The translations under genes were made by a program, and so were the position numbers. A DNA stretch of 64,000 nt from positions 7,423-71,422 of the forward strand of contig JAWXBB010000103.1 in the NCBI GenBank assembly GCA_034439795.1, given 5' to 3'. Below the pieces are notes generated by a model that had not been told where the DNA came from, made no database searches, and saw only the letters and a list, made by a program, of their open reading frames with translations. Positions 7,931-16,096 of this stretch are shown in pieces (positions within the stretch are counted from its first letter, which is position 1; each line of letters opens with the position of its first letter). Source of the stretch: Planctomycetaceae bacterium. GTDB lineage: Bacteria; Planctomycetota; Planctomycetia; Planctomycetales; Planctomycetaceae.

Positions 7931-9748
7931 TCAGACATCCGGCTTGTTCTTCAGCGCGAGCAGGGATTCCATCAGCGAATCCACCATCTTCTCGGGCAGA
8001 CTCGGCAACAACGCTTCGAGCTGCGTCGCGGAGGACTTCGGCAGGTCCGGAATCATCCGACCGATCCAGTAGCCGACCGAACCGTGATATGGCGAGGCGG
8101 CGAACTGCTTGAGCAACTCCAGCACCCCCTTCGTCGCCTCCGGGTGGCCGATGCGGACCATCGTGTCCAGCACCCGCTGCGAATTGTAATCCGCGGACTT
8201 CTTGAGACTCGCGGCGAACTGCTCCGGCAGAAACCGGTTGGTCGCCGGATGGTTCGGCCGCGCCAACTGCTGCACGAGGTCCAAATCGCCAGTCGCGACG
8301 GCGGCGTCCAGCCAGCGCGGATCGAGTTCCGGCAGGTCGCCCTGTTCGCGACCAAAATACGCGACGCGGCTGGTCCGCCAGGCGAGACTCGGATCGGCGA
8401 CCTGGTCCGCCAGTCCGTGACGGATCGCCTCCAGCCGGCCGAATGCGGTCGCGGTCTTCTTCGATTTCTTGTCGGGCTGGTCGAGCAGGCTCGGCGAAAA
8501 CAGGTCGTACAGCCGGCCCGGCGACACCGTGCGGCGGGCCGCGGCAAACGCGCACGACAGCATCGGGCCGGTGAGCGACTCGTGCGCCGCGATCAGCTTC
8601 TCGCGCGTCTTGGGCGAACCGTTCGCCATCAGATAGGCGACCAGCTCGTTCACGTCGGCGCCGCTCGGTTCGGACTTGATCGCCGCCAGATCGCTCGCGC
8701 GATCGAAGCCCTTCAGCAGCCAGGCTTCGGTCCCCGCATCGTCGCGGCCGACGAGGCCCCCCAGCCAGTGTTGCAGCCGCGTAACCGCGGTGCCTTGCTC
8801 CGTCTTGTCCTTCAGCTTGAGCAGTTTGGCGAGTTGCCGGTCGGCTTCAGTCAACAGGAATTTCAGCAGGGCCGGATTGCGGCTCGTCCGCAGCCGGTCC
8901 ACGATCAAGGCCAGATCCGCACCGCCCGCCGCCTTCTGCACGGCTTCCACGGCGACGGCGGCGTCGAGCTTGGTCAGCGCTCCCAATGCGGCGGCGCGGA
9001 CGTCCTTGGCTTTCGCTTTCGATTGCTCCAAGAGATAGGCGAGATCTTCGTCCGAGTCTCCCAGACACTCGATGGCGACGACCTTGAGTTCCTTCGATCC
9101 GTCGTCGAGCGTCTGCGCAATCAGCGCGCGCGTCCCCTGCGGATCGAGCTGATGCATGAGCCGCAAACGCAGCAGATGACCGGCCTTCCCGTTCTGATCA
9201 AAACTGCGGCGCAGCTCGGGCAGGATCGCTTTGCCGTACAACGGCAGCACTCGCTCCACGACGAAGTCGCCGATTTCCGGATACGGATCGTCGAGCGCCT
9301 CGAGCGCGGGCTTGACCAGCCGCAGGTCGGCGAACGCGCCGCGCTCAAAGGCGTCGCGAATCAACTCTAGTCGTCCGGAACCAGTCGTCGACAGCGCTTC
9401 GAGCAGCGGTTTCAGCAATCGGGCGCTGGCCTGCGTCTGCCGGGCGCCCAGGTCGGTCGTTTCGATCGTCAGCAATTCGCCCGCGAGGCCGGTCTCCCCC
9501 TGCGTATAGAGGATGGCGTTGACCAGCCCCGCCAGTTCCAGCAGCGCGACCGGGGCCGTCTTCTCATTGCTGTCCACAACGGCCTGCGCGGACTGCGCCA
9601 CTTTTGCGAATACTGGAGCCTTCTCGCCGGCCTTTTCCAACGGCGCGATCAGTTTCTTCAGACGAAAATCGCCCCCCGACACCCCGCTGCCGGCAATCGC
9701 CAGTCGCCGCAGTTCGTCGGACACCTGAGTGAGGATCGCGATGCTCAT
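7931..9748 (-). CDS. HEAT/ARM-like repeat protein (possible counterpart of the DUF4132/YehI-type partner)
   Basis: ORF 7931..9907 trimmed to ATG 9748 (MSIAILTQVSDELRRL), 12 nt after the stop of the upstream gene. All-helical repeats such as VVAIECLGDSDEDLAYLLE and DVRAAALGALTKLD resemble HEAT units. The DUF4132 link is unverified. Confidence 0.65.
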   Translation of the reverse strand: MSIAILTQVSDELRRLAIAGSGVSGGDFRLKKLIAPLEKAGEKAPVFAKVAQSAQAVVDSNEKTAPVALLELAGLVNAILYTQGETGLAGELLTIETTDLGARQTQASARLLKPLLEALSTTGSGRLELIRDAFERGAFADLRLVKPALEALDDPYPEIGDFVVERVLPLYGKAILPELRRSFDQNGKAGHLLRLRLMHQLDPQGTRALIAQTLDDGSKELKVVAIECLGDSDEDLAYLLEQSKAKAKDVRAAALGALTKLDAAVAVEAVQKAAGGADLALIVDRLRTSRNPALLKFLLTEADRQLAKLLKLKDKTEQGTAVTRLQHWLGGLVGRDDAGTEAWLLKGFDRASDLAAIKSEPSGADVNELVAYLMANGSPKTREKLIAAHESLTGPMLSCAFAAARRTVSPGRLYDLFSPSLLDQPDKKSKKTATAFGRLEAIRHGLADQVADPSLAWRTSRVAYFGREQGDLPELDPRWLDAAVATGDLDLVQQLARPNHPATNRFLPEQFAASLKKSADYNSQRVLDTMVRIGHPEATKGVLELLKQFAASPYHGSVGYWIGRMIPDLPKSSATQLEALLPSLPEKMVDSLMESLLALKNKPDV

Positions 9749-9759
9749 GGGGAGATTTC

Positions 9760-10815
9760 CTACATCGTCAGCCGCACCACCGCCGACTCTGTCACGAGGC
9801 TCAGCGGCTTGATCTGCAACTTGCGCGTGTCCAGATCGTGGCGAAACCGCGCGACCAGCGTCTGGTTCTCGAACAGGCCGGGAGACAACAGCGGCAACAG
9901 ATGACAACTGGCCGGCTCATCGGTCATGCCGCGGTCGGTCATTGTCAGCCGGTTTCCCGTCGCGTCCTCGACGACGAACGTGCCGTCGATCTGGCCGATG
10001 CGTCGAAAGCTCAGCGCATAGATCGGTTGCTTGTCCGACAACGGTCCCTTGAGGTTGGTTTTGACCTCTTTTACCACCGCGGCGAAATCGCTGTGAGCGT
10101 GCGTGCGGGCGCGCTGCAGATCGGATGGCTCCAGCGGACGCGGCGTCATCGCCTCCCACCGGACCCTGGGGTTGACGTCGCCGGGATAGACGCACAGTTC
10201 CGCCACCGTCGCGACCTGGAAGAAGCTGTCGTCGCTTTTGATGTACTTCGCCGCCTTGTACGGCCGGAAGTTCTGCGAAAGCTGGATGCGGCCCGTGTTC
10301 AGATTCAGCCAGACGCCGGTGTCGACGTATTCCTGCCGGGCGATGTCGTTGTGCGAATTGAACGCGAGCTGGATCAGTTCGACGTCGGTCTGCACGAGAC
10401 CCACCGCTTTCAACTCGGAGAGTTGCCACGCATGACCGAGCCACGCGGCGATGGCGGTGTCGGTTTCCGGTTTGAGTTCGGGGTCGTCGCCGCGCCGTTG
10501 CAGATAGGCCCGGCCCTGTTTCACGAGCGAATGCAGCCGGCCGAGCTGATCGAGCGCCTCACTGTAGACCGCCTCGCGCTGGCTCGCCGGCACGGAGGAG
10601 TCGTAGGCGCTGTCCTCATTGGCGAACAACTTCGTGAACCGATGCAACGTCGCCTGCGCGCCAGGCAGGTAGGCGTTGCCGAGTTGCTTGGCCTTCTCCT
10701 CGATTTCCTTCGCGGTTTTGGCGTTCATGTTCCCGATGCCGATGCGCACCAGGTCGAGCGTCAACTTCTCCAGGAGGTCGATCCCTTTCCAGCTGCGCCC
10801 GAATTTTTTTGGCAA
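9760..10815 (-). CDS. C-terminal two-thirds of a SWIM zinc-finger protein (YehQ-like); frame-shifted relative to the N-terminal part
   Basis: 351-aa ORF that begins only at a TTG inside an A7 run. The protein-like sequence begins right at KKFGRSWKGIDLLEKLTLDLV. Deleting one A from the run joins it in frame to ORF 10616..11218. Confidence 0.6.
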   Translation of the reverse strand: MPKKFGRSWKGIDLLEKLTLDLVRIGIGNMNAKTAKEIEEKAKQLGNAYLPGAQATLHRFTKLFANEDSAYDSSVPASQREAVYSEALDQLGRLHSLVKQGRAYLQRRGDDPELKPETDTAIAAWLGHAWQLSELKAVGLVQTDVELIQLAFNSHNDIARQEYVDTGVWLNLNTGRIQLSQNFRPYKAAKYIKSDDSFFQVATVAELCVYPGDVNPRVRWEAMTPRPLEPSDLQRARTHAHSDFAAVVKEVKTNLKGPLSDKQPIYALSFRRIGQIDGTFVVEDATGNRLTMTDRGMTDEPASCHLLPLLSPGLFENQTLVARFRHDLDTRKLQIKPLSLVTESAVVRLTM

Positions 10816-11218
10816 GCGCCGCTTTATCGACGGTCTTCGGCTTGGCCGCGTCCTCCTTTTTCTTCTCCGTTCGTTCGGACAGCTTCTCGCGTTTCTCCGC
10901 CAAATCCGCAGGGACGTCGGCCACCTGGAACGACGGCCGCTTCTGCACGAAGGCGTACATCAGCCCCAGGCAGTGCTTGCACGGAAACTGCCGGCTCGGA
11001 CAGGTGCAGCGATGCGTCGGCTGATCCGCGCGGGCGAAATCGCACGAGCAGCGATACGGCTCCTGGCCCGACCCCTGACATTCGCCGAACAGCAATGCTT
11101 CGCCGTCGTCGGTGTGCAGCTTGAGGAACTTCCCCTTCACGACCAGGCCGCGACCATTCTTGATCGCGTCGGCGTTCGGCGCGGAGGCGTCCACGTACGC
11201 TTCGTCGATGGAGATCAT
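10616..11218 (-). CDS. N-terminal SWIM zinc-finger part of the same gene (true coding portion approx 10805..11218)
   Basis: SWIM CxCxnCxH signature: CSCDF...HRCTCPSRQFPCKHCLGLMYAF. After ...KAALAKK the translation turns into Arg/His/Gly-rich junk (IRAQLERDRPPGEVDARPGAHRHREHERQNREG). This indicates the reading frame is lost at the A7 run (plus-strand T7 at 10804..10810). Confidence 0.6.
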   Translation of the reverse strand: MISIDEAYVDASAPNADAIKNGRGLVVKGKFLKLHTDDGEALLFGECQGSGQEPYRCSCDFARADQPTHRCTCPSRQFPCKHCLGLMYAFVQKRPSFQVADVPADLAEKREKLSERTEKKKEDAAKPKTVDKAALAKKIRAQLERDRPPGEVDARPGAHRHREHERQNREGNRGEGQATRQRLPAWRAGDVASVHEVVRQ

Positions 11219-11378
11219 GACAGCCCAGGATTCAAGACCGGTGCGACGCGCCTGCGAGGAAGCCGAAAGGACACGTGATTGTTGGTCAATCGGACACAGA
11301 TTGCAAGAACCTGCGTTGATGCCGCAGCCCGGTCGGAGAGTCTCGCGTTTACGTTTCGACGGTGGCTGGCTTCAATGT

Positions 11379-11415
11379 CCGGTCCCCTCGCCCCCGTCTT
11401 CGGGGGAGAGGGGGC
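11379..11415 (-). repeat. REP hairpin unit (hairpin core only)
   Basis: CCGGTCCCCTCGCCCCCGTCTTCGGGGGAGAGGGGGCC in the divergent intergenic region between the SWIM gene and the kinase. Confidence 0.8.
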
Positions 11416-11577
11416 CAGAGGGGAATCCACCCCGAATCGAGACGCACACTCGCGAGCCACCTGCAAACCCCAAACGACCTCGCGACAGGCGTCCGCGGCG
11501 GTTAGACTTTCGACCATCCAGCAGTCGTTCCGCCGTGTGCGGCGGCTGTATCCCCCGTTGACGTTTCGAAGCTCGCC

Positions 11578-14319
11578 ATGCCGCTGACGCTCGAACAGTT
11601 CGCGAGGCAACTGACCGACAGCGGCCTGTTCGCGGCCGACGAGGTCGGCGCGCTCCGGGCGGCGTCCCGTGCCGCCGATGCCGAGCACTTCGCCCGCGAG
11701 CTCGTGAAACAGAAGCGGCTGACGGCGTTCCAGGCCCAGCAGGTCTACGCGGGCAAGGCGAAGTCGCTGGTGCTGGGCAACTACGTCATCCTCGACAAGC
11801 TCGGCCAGGGGGGCATGGGGATGGTGCTCAAGGCCGAGCACCGGCGGATGAAGCGGATCGTCGCCCTGAAGGTGCTGTCCCCCAACGTCACCAAGACGAA
11901 GGACGTCGTCGCCCGGTTTCATCGCGAAGTCCAGGCCGCGGCCAAACTCGAACACCCGAACATCGTGTCGGCCTACGACGCCGACGAAGCCAACGGCACG
12001 CACTTCTTCGTGATGCAGTACGTCGCGGGGGAGGATCTCTCCTCGCTGGTCAAAACGAAGGGGCCGCTGCCGGTCGAGTCGGCGGTGAGCTGCGTCCTGC
12101 AGGCCGCACGCGGGCTGGAGTTCGCCCACAGGCAGGGGGTGATTCATCGCGACATCAAGCCGGCGAACCTGTTGCTGGACGGCAAGGGGGTGGTGAAGAT
12201 CCTCGACATGGGCCTGGCGCGCATCGAGGGGGACACCGGCGCGCTGGCCGAGTTGACCAACACCGGCGCGGTGATGGGAACCGTCGACTACATGGCCCCC
12301 GAACAGGCCCGCAACACCAAGACGGCCGACGCCCGCAGCGACATCTATTCCCTCGGCATCTCGCTGTGGTATCTGCTCGTCGCCAGGCCGGCGTACAACG
12401 GCCAGACGCTGACCGAACGGTTGCTGGCCCATCAGAGCGATCCGATTCCGTCGCTGTGCGCCGCGCGAAGCGACGTGCCCGCCGCGTTGGACGCCGTCTT
12501 TCAGAAACTCGTCGCAAAGCGGCCGGCGGACCGGTATCAGACGATGACGGCGGTCATCGACGCACTGGACGGCGCCTTGCACGGGGACGTCGTAGCCGCT
12601 GTGCCGAGTCTGGCCGTACAGCCCTCGGACGACAGCAAGTTCAACGAATTCCTGGCGGGGCTGGCAAACACCGACGCCGGTTCGCGCGGGACCGCCCCGC
12701 ACAAGACCGCGGTGGCGACGGGCATTGTCACCGACGTCACCGAAGAGTTTCAGCACACGCAGTCGTCCACGGCCCCCGAAGCCGCGACCGATCCCCTGGG
12801 ACTGACGCCGATCGCGCGCCGGCGCACTGCCGCCCGCCGGCCTGGGCCGCGGCACGAATGGTGGGCCGACCGGCGCGTGCAAATCGGCGGCGCTGCGGTC
12901 GTGCTTGTGGCCTCTTTGGCGCTGATGATTGCCTCGGGCAAGCGGGAGGCCGCCGCACCCCGAACGGCGGCGTTGCCGGCCGGATCGCAATACGCCCTCG
13001 AGTTCGATGGAACCGCGGCGCACGTCCAGATCCCCACATTGAAGCTCGCCGGCGGGCCGTTCACGTCGGAAGCCTGGATCGAGCCGGGACCGCTCAGCAT
13101 GGGGTGTTATCTCGGCGCTTACGACCAGGGCCATAGCGCATCGCTGTGGGGCAGTTCCGGCATCAATGGCTTCACGGCCACCACACCCGCCGGCACGCGC
13201 GTCGGCAAGCAGTCCGACCGTCTGGACCTGGGACGCTGGATGCATGTCGCCGGCGTGTTCGATGGACGAGCGGCGGCGTACTTTGTGGATGGCAAGCTCA
13301 TCCACCAATCGACCGGTTTCTCGGAGCATGAGCCGGCCAATCTCCAGGGGGCGTGGTTGGGAGGCCTTCCTGATATCGGAATGTGGCGCGGCCGTCTGCG
13401 GGCCGTGCGCGTCTCGCAATCGGTGCGCTATTCGGCCGATTTTACGCCCCCCCAGCAGTTCACGGACGACGATCAGACCTTGGCGCTCTATCTCATGGAT
13501 GAAGGTCAAGGCACAACGCTCAATGATCGATCCGGAAACGAGCATCACGGCACGATCGTCCAGGCCGAATGGGTGATTGACCGGTCCGGCGGGCCGGTCA
13601 CAACGCCCGCGTCCGACCCCGAATCCTCCGATCGTCCGAGTCCGCAGGAATCGTCGCCAGCGCTGCCACCGGCCGACGATTATGCCCTGCAGTTCGACGG
13701 CGACGACATCGTGGTTTCCCCCTTTGAGTTCGACTTCGCGCAGCCGTTCACCTTCGAAGCGACCGCCCGGCTCGACGCACTCCCCGTCAAGAATCAGATG
13801 AGTTGCCTGGCTGTGCAGGGGGGTGGAGGCCAGGTCATCCTGCGCGCCTTGCCGTCCGGCGAGTGGAACATCGTCGGGACCGGCGGGATCTGGTATGGCA
13901 ATGGTCCGATCCGCGTCGGCGAACAGACACATCTCGCCGTCGTTTATACGGGAGAGAAGTTCCTGCTGTTCCTCGACGGCCAGTTGATCTCCCCTCGAAA
14001 GTCGGAACCCTCGCGGGAAAGCCGCGTCAACACCCCGCGAATCATGACGCTGGCTCTCGGTGGGGGGGGATTCGCCGGCCTGATCGATGAAGTCCGCATC
14101 TCGCGCGTCGCGCGCTACGACCGCGATTTCACACCGGCAAAGCGCTTCAATCCCGATCCGCAAACGTTCCTCTTGTATCATTTGGACGAAGGCCAGGGAG
14201 ACATCGTCAAGGACTCTTCGGGCAACGATCATCACGGCAAAATCGTCGGCGCGACGTGGGTGTCCCCGGACGACACAGCGCCCGCAACACGATCTACATC
14301 GGGCCAGCCACTTCCCTGA
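11578..14319 (+). CDS. Hanks-type Ser/Thr protein kinase with C-terminal tandem LamG/concanavalin-A-like domains
   Basis: Kinase motifs: GQGGMGMV, VALKVL, HRDIKPANLL, DMGLA, APE. One hydrophobic segment (VQIGGAAVVLVASLALMIA) is followed by two jelly-roll-like repeats (WMHVAGVFDGRAAAYFVDGKLI; THLAVVYTGEKFLLFLDGQLI; VRISRVARY). Confidence 0.85.
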   Translation: MPLTLEQFARQLTDSGLFAADEVGALRAASRAADAEHFARELVKQKRLTAFQAQQVYAGKAKSLVLGNYVILDKLGQGGMGMVLKAEHRRMKRIVALKVLSPNVTKTKDVVARFHREVQAAAKLEHPNIVSAYDADEANGTHFFVMQYVAGEDLSSLVKTKGPLPVESAVSCVLQAARGLEFAHRQGVIHRDIKPANLLLDGKGVVKILDMGLARIEGDTGALAELTNTGAVMGTVDYMAPEQARNTKTADARSDIYSLGISLWYLLVARPAYNGQTLTERLLAHQSDPIPSLCAARSDVPAALDAVFQKLVAKRPADRYQTMTAVIDALDGALHGDVVAAVPSLAVQPSDDSKFNEFLAGLANTDAGSRGTAPHKTAVATGIVTDVTEEFQHTQSSTAPEAATDPLGLTPIARRRTAARRPGPRHEWWADRRVQIGGAAVVLVASLALMIASGKREAAAPRTAALPAGSQYALEFDGTAAHVQIPTLKLAGGPFTSEAWIEPGPLSMGCYLGAYDQGHSASLWGSSGINGFTATTPAGTRVGKQSDRLDLGRWMHVAGVFDGRAAAYFVDGKLIHQSTGFSEHEPANLQGAWLGGLPDIGMWRGRLRAVRVSQSVRYSADFTPPQQFTDDDQTLALYLMDEGQGTTLNDRSGNEHHGTIVQAEWVIDRSGGPVTTPASDPESSDRPSPQESSPALPPADDYALQFDGDDIVVSPFEFDFAQPFTFEATARLDALPVKNQMSCLAVQGGGGQVILRALPSGEWNIVGTGGIWYGNGPIRVGEQTHLAVVYTGEKFLLFLDGQLISPRKSEPSRESRVNTPRIMTLALGGGGFAGLIDEVRISRVARYDRDFTPAKRFNPDPQTFLLYHLDEGQGDIVKDSSGNDHHGKIVGATWVSPDDTAPATRSTSGQPLP

Positions 14320-15763
14320 TCGCGTCGAGCAACCCGCGCAGATCGTCAATCGTCGTCAGCGGGTTGATGATCGTCACCCGCAGCGCACCGATGGCGTCGA
14401 ACTTGGTCGCAGTGATGTAGTACGTTCCCGATTCGATCAGCGCGCGGCGCAGCTGCAACTGACGCAATCCGACCTCTTCCTCGGACAACGCGGCCCACTC
14501 CGGCGGGCGGTAACGGAACACGACGATATTGCACTGCGGCTCGTGCAGCGCGATAAAGTCGGGCTGTTGCCGCAGCTCTGCGTGGAACTGTTGCGACAAT
14601 GCGAACGTGTCCTCCACCAGCCGGCGGAACAGGTCGGGGCCGAACAGGCTCCACACGCCCCACAGGCCGAAGCCGGCGGCCCGCTTGGTGCATTCGACCG
14701 TTTGCAGGCCGACGTCGTAGTCCGCCATGCCGGGGGCGGTCGGGTCGAAGAGATACGGCGCATCCTGTCGAAACGCCTCGAACCGATGGGCGGGATTCTT
14801 GTAGAACACGAAGGCGCACAGCGCGGGAACGAACAGCATCTTGTGGGCGTCCCACACCACGCTGTCGGCCCGGGCGATGCCGTCCACGAGCGATCGCAGT
14901 TGCGGACTGAAGCACGCCGCGCCGCCGTGGGCCGCGTCGACGTGCAGCCAGACGCCGAACTCGGCGCACAAATCGGCGATCGCGGGCAACGGATCGAACG
15001 CCCCGATCGGCGTCGTGCAGCAGCTCGCGCACACGGCGATGATCGTTCGTCCCTCGGCGCGCGCCCGTTCCAACTCGGTCCGCAGCGCCGCGGGGGACAT
15101 CCGCCGGCGATCGTCGAGGCCGACCTTCACCACCTGCCGCGTCCCCAGTCCCAACATCCCCGCCGCCCGGGCGATGGAGTAATGCGCGTCGGCCTGCGTG
15201 AGGATCACCGGCCGCGCGGTTGGTTCGTCGACGCCGTGTTCCCAGGCGTCTTCCAATGCGACATTGCGGGCCGTCAGCAGGGCGGTGAAATTCGCCAGCG
15301 AGCCGCCGTGCGTGATGAAGCCCGCGAACGTCCCGGCGGGAAATCCGAGCTGCTCCCCCAACGCCTCGACCAGCGCCCGTTCCACCGCGGTCGCCCACGG
15401 CCCCATCTCGAACACGGCCATCGGCTGATTGGTGACGCTCCCCACGGCGTCAAACAGCCCCGCGAGGGGCACGGGCGCGGGCACCTGATGCCCGATGTAC
15501 CGCGGATGATGCAGATTCTGCGCATGGGCCAGCATGGTCGCGATCATCGCCGACCAGCGCTGCGGCAACGTCTCGACGGATTCCGGTGCTGCGGTCTGCA
15601 TCCAGCCTCGCGCCGCCGCGATCAAGCGCTCCGGATCACCCACGGGGGAGACCCGCCCCTCGCGCGCATGCTGCTGGGTGAGATACGCGCCGAGCTGCGC
15701 ACAGACTTCCTGTCCGCACGCGGCGAACAACTCCGGGGAATACGCCGCCGTCTTGAGGTCCAT
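14294..15763 (-). CDS. PLP-dependent group II amino-acid decarboxylase
   Basis: 489-aa ORF. Motif SVVWDAHKMLFVP contains the PLP lysine in the S-x-H-K context. Also GGSLANFTALLTAR. The 3' end overlaps the convergent kinase gene by 26 nt. Confidence 0.8.
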   Translation of the reverse strand: MDLKTAAYSPELFAACGQEVCAQLGAYLTQQHAREGRVSPVGDPERLIAAARGWMQTAAPESVETLPQRWSAMIATMLAHAQNLHHPRYIGHQVPAPVPLAGLFDAVGSVTNQPMAVFEMGPWATAVERALVEALGEQLGFPAGTFAGFITHGGSLANFTALLTARNVALEDAWEHGVDEPTARPVILTQADAHYSIARAAGMLGLGTRQVVKVGLDDRRRMSPAALRTELERARAEGRTIIAVCASCCTTPIGAFDPLPAIADLCAEFGVWLHVDAAHGGAACFSPQLRSLVDGIARADSVVWDAHKMLFVPALCAFVFYKNPAHRFEAFRQDAPYLFDPTAPGMADYDVGLQTVECTKRAAGFGLWGVWSLFGPDLFRRLVEDTFALSQQFHAELRQQPDFIALHEPQCNIVVFRYRPPEWAALSEEEVGLRQLQLRRALIESGTYYITATKFDAIGALRVTIINPLTTIDDLRGLLDAIREVAGPM

Positions 15764-15829
15764 CGTTGCGTTCGATCTTGCCTGCGTGTCGGAACTGATA
15801 CGAGAAACGGTTTCAAGACCGCATTGTTT

Positions 15830-16050
15830 TTACGCCGAAGGCGTTGCCTATCAAAGCCCAGGGTCGCGAGTCTGCGAGCGCACCCTGGGTGGCAATCGAT
15901 GATGAACCCATACCCTGAAAGGGTTTCATCAAGGTTTGACACCGCCGATGATGCGACCCCTTCAGGGTCGATTCGACGCGGACGCCACTTTCCCAGGGTG
16001 CGCTCACAGACTCGCGACCCTGGGCTGTGTGATCGAACGCCTTCGGCGTA
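15830..16050 (+). repeat. Family A MITE-like element, copy 2
   Basis: Same termini and internal arms as copy 1, same orientation. Lies between the decarboxylase and DUF1501 genes. Confidence 0.9.
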
Positions 16051-16096
16051 CTGGACCACCGATCAATGATCCGCAGGGTGCAGAACCGCCATCCCG

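Noticed and set aside
10616-10815. A genuine 200-nt overlap of two independent genes (SWIM ORF and downstream ORF).
   Set aside because: The last approx 60 codons of the upstream ORF are compositionally non-coding. The downstream ORF has only a TTG inside the A7 run and no RBS. A single-base deletion fuses the two cleanly, so a frameshift is the simpler reading.
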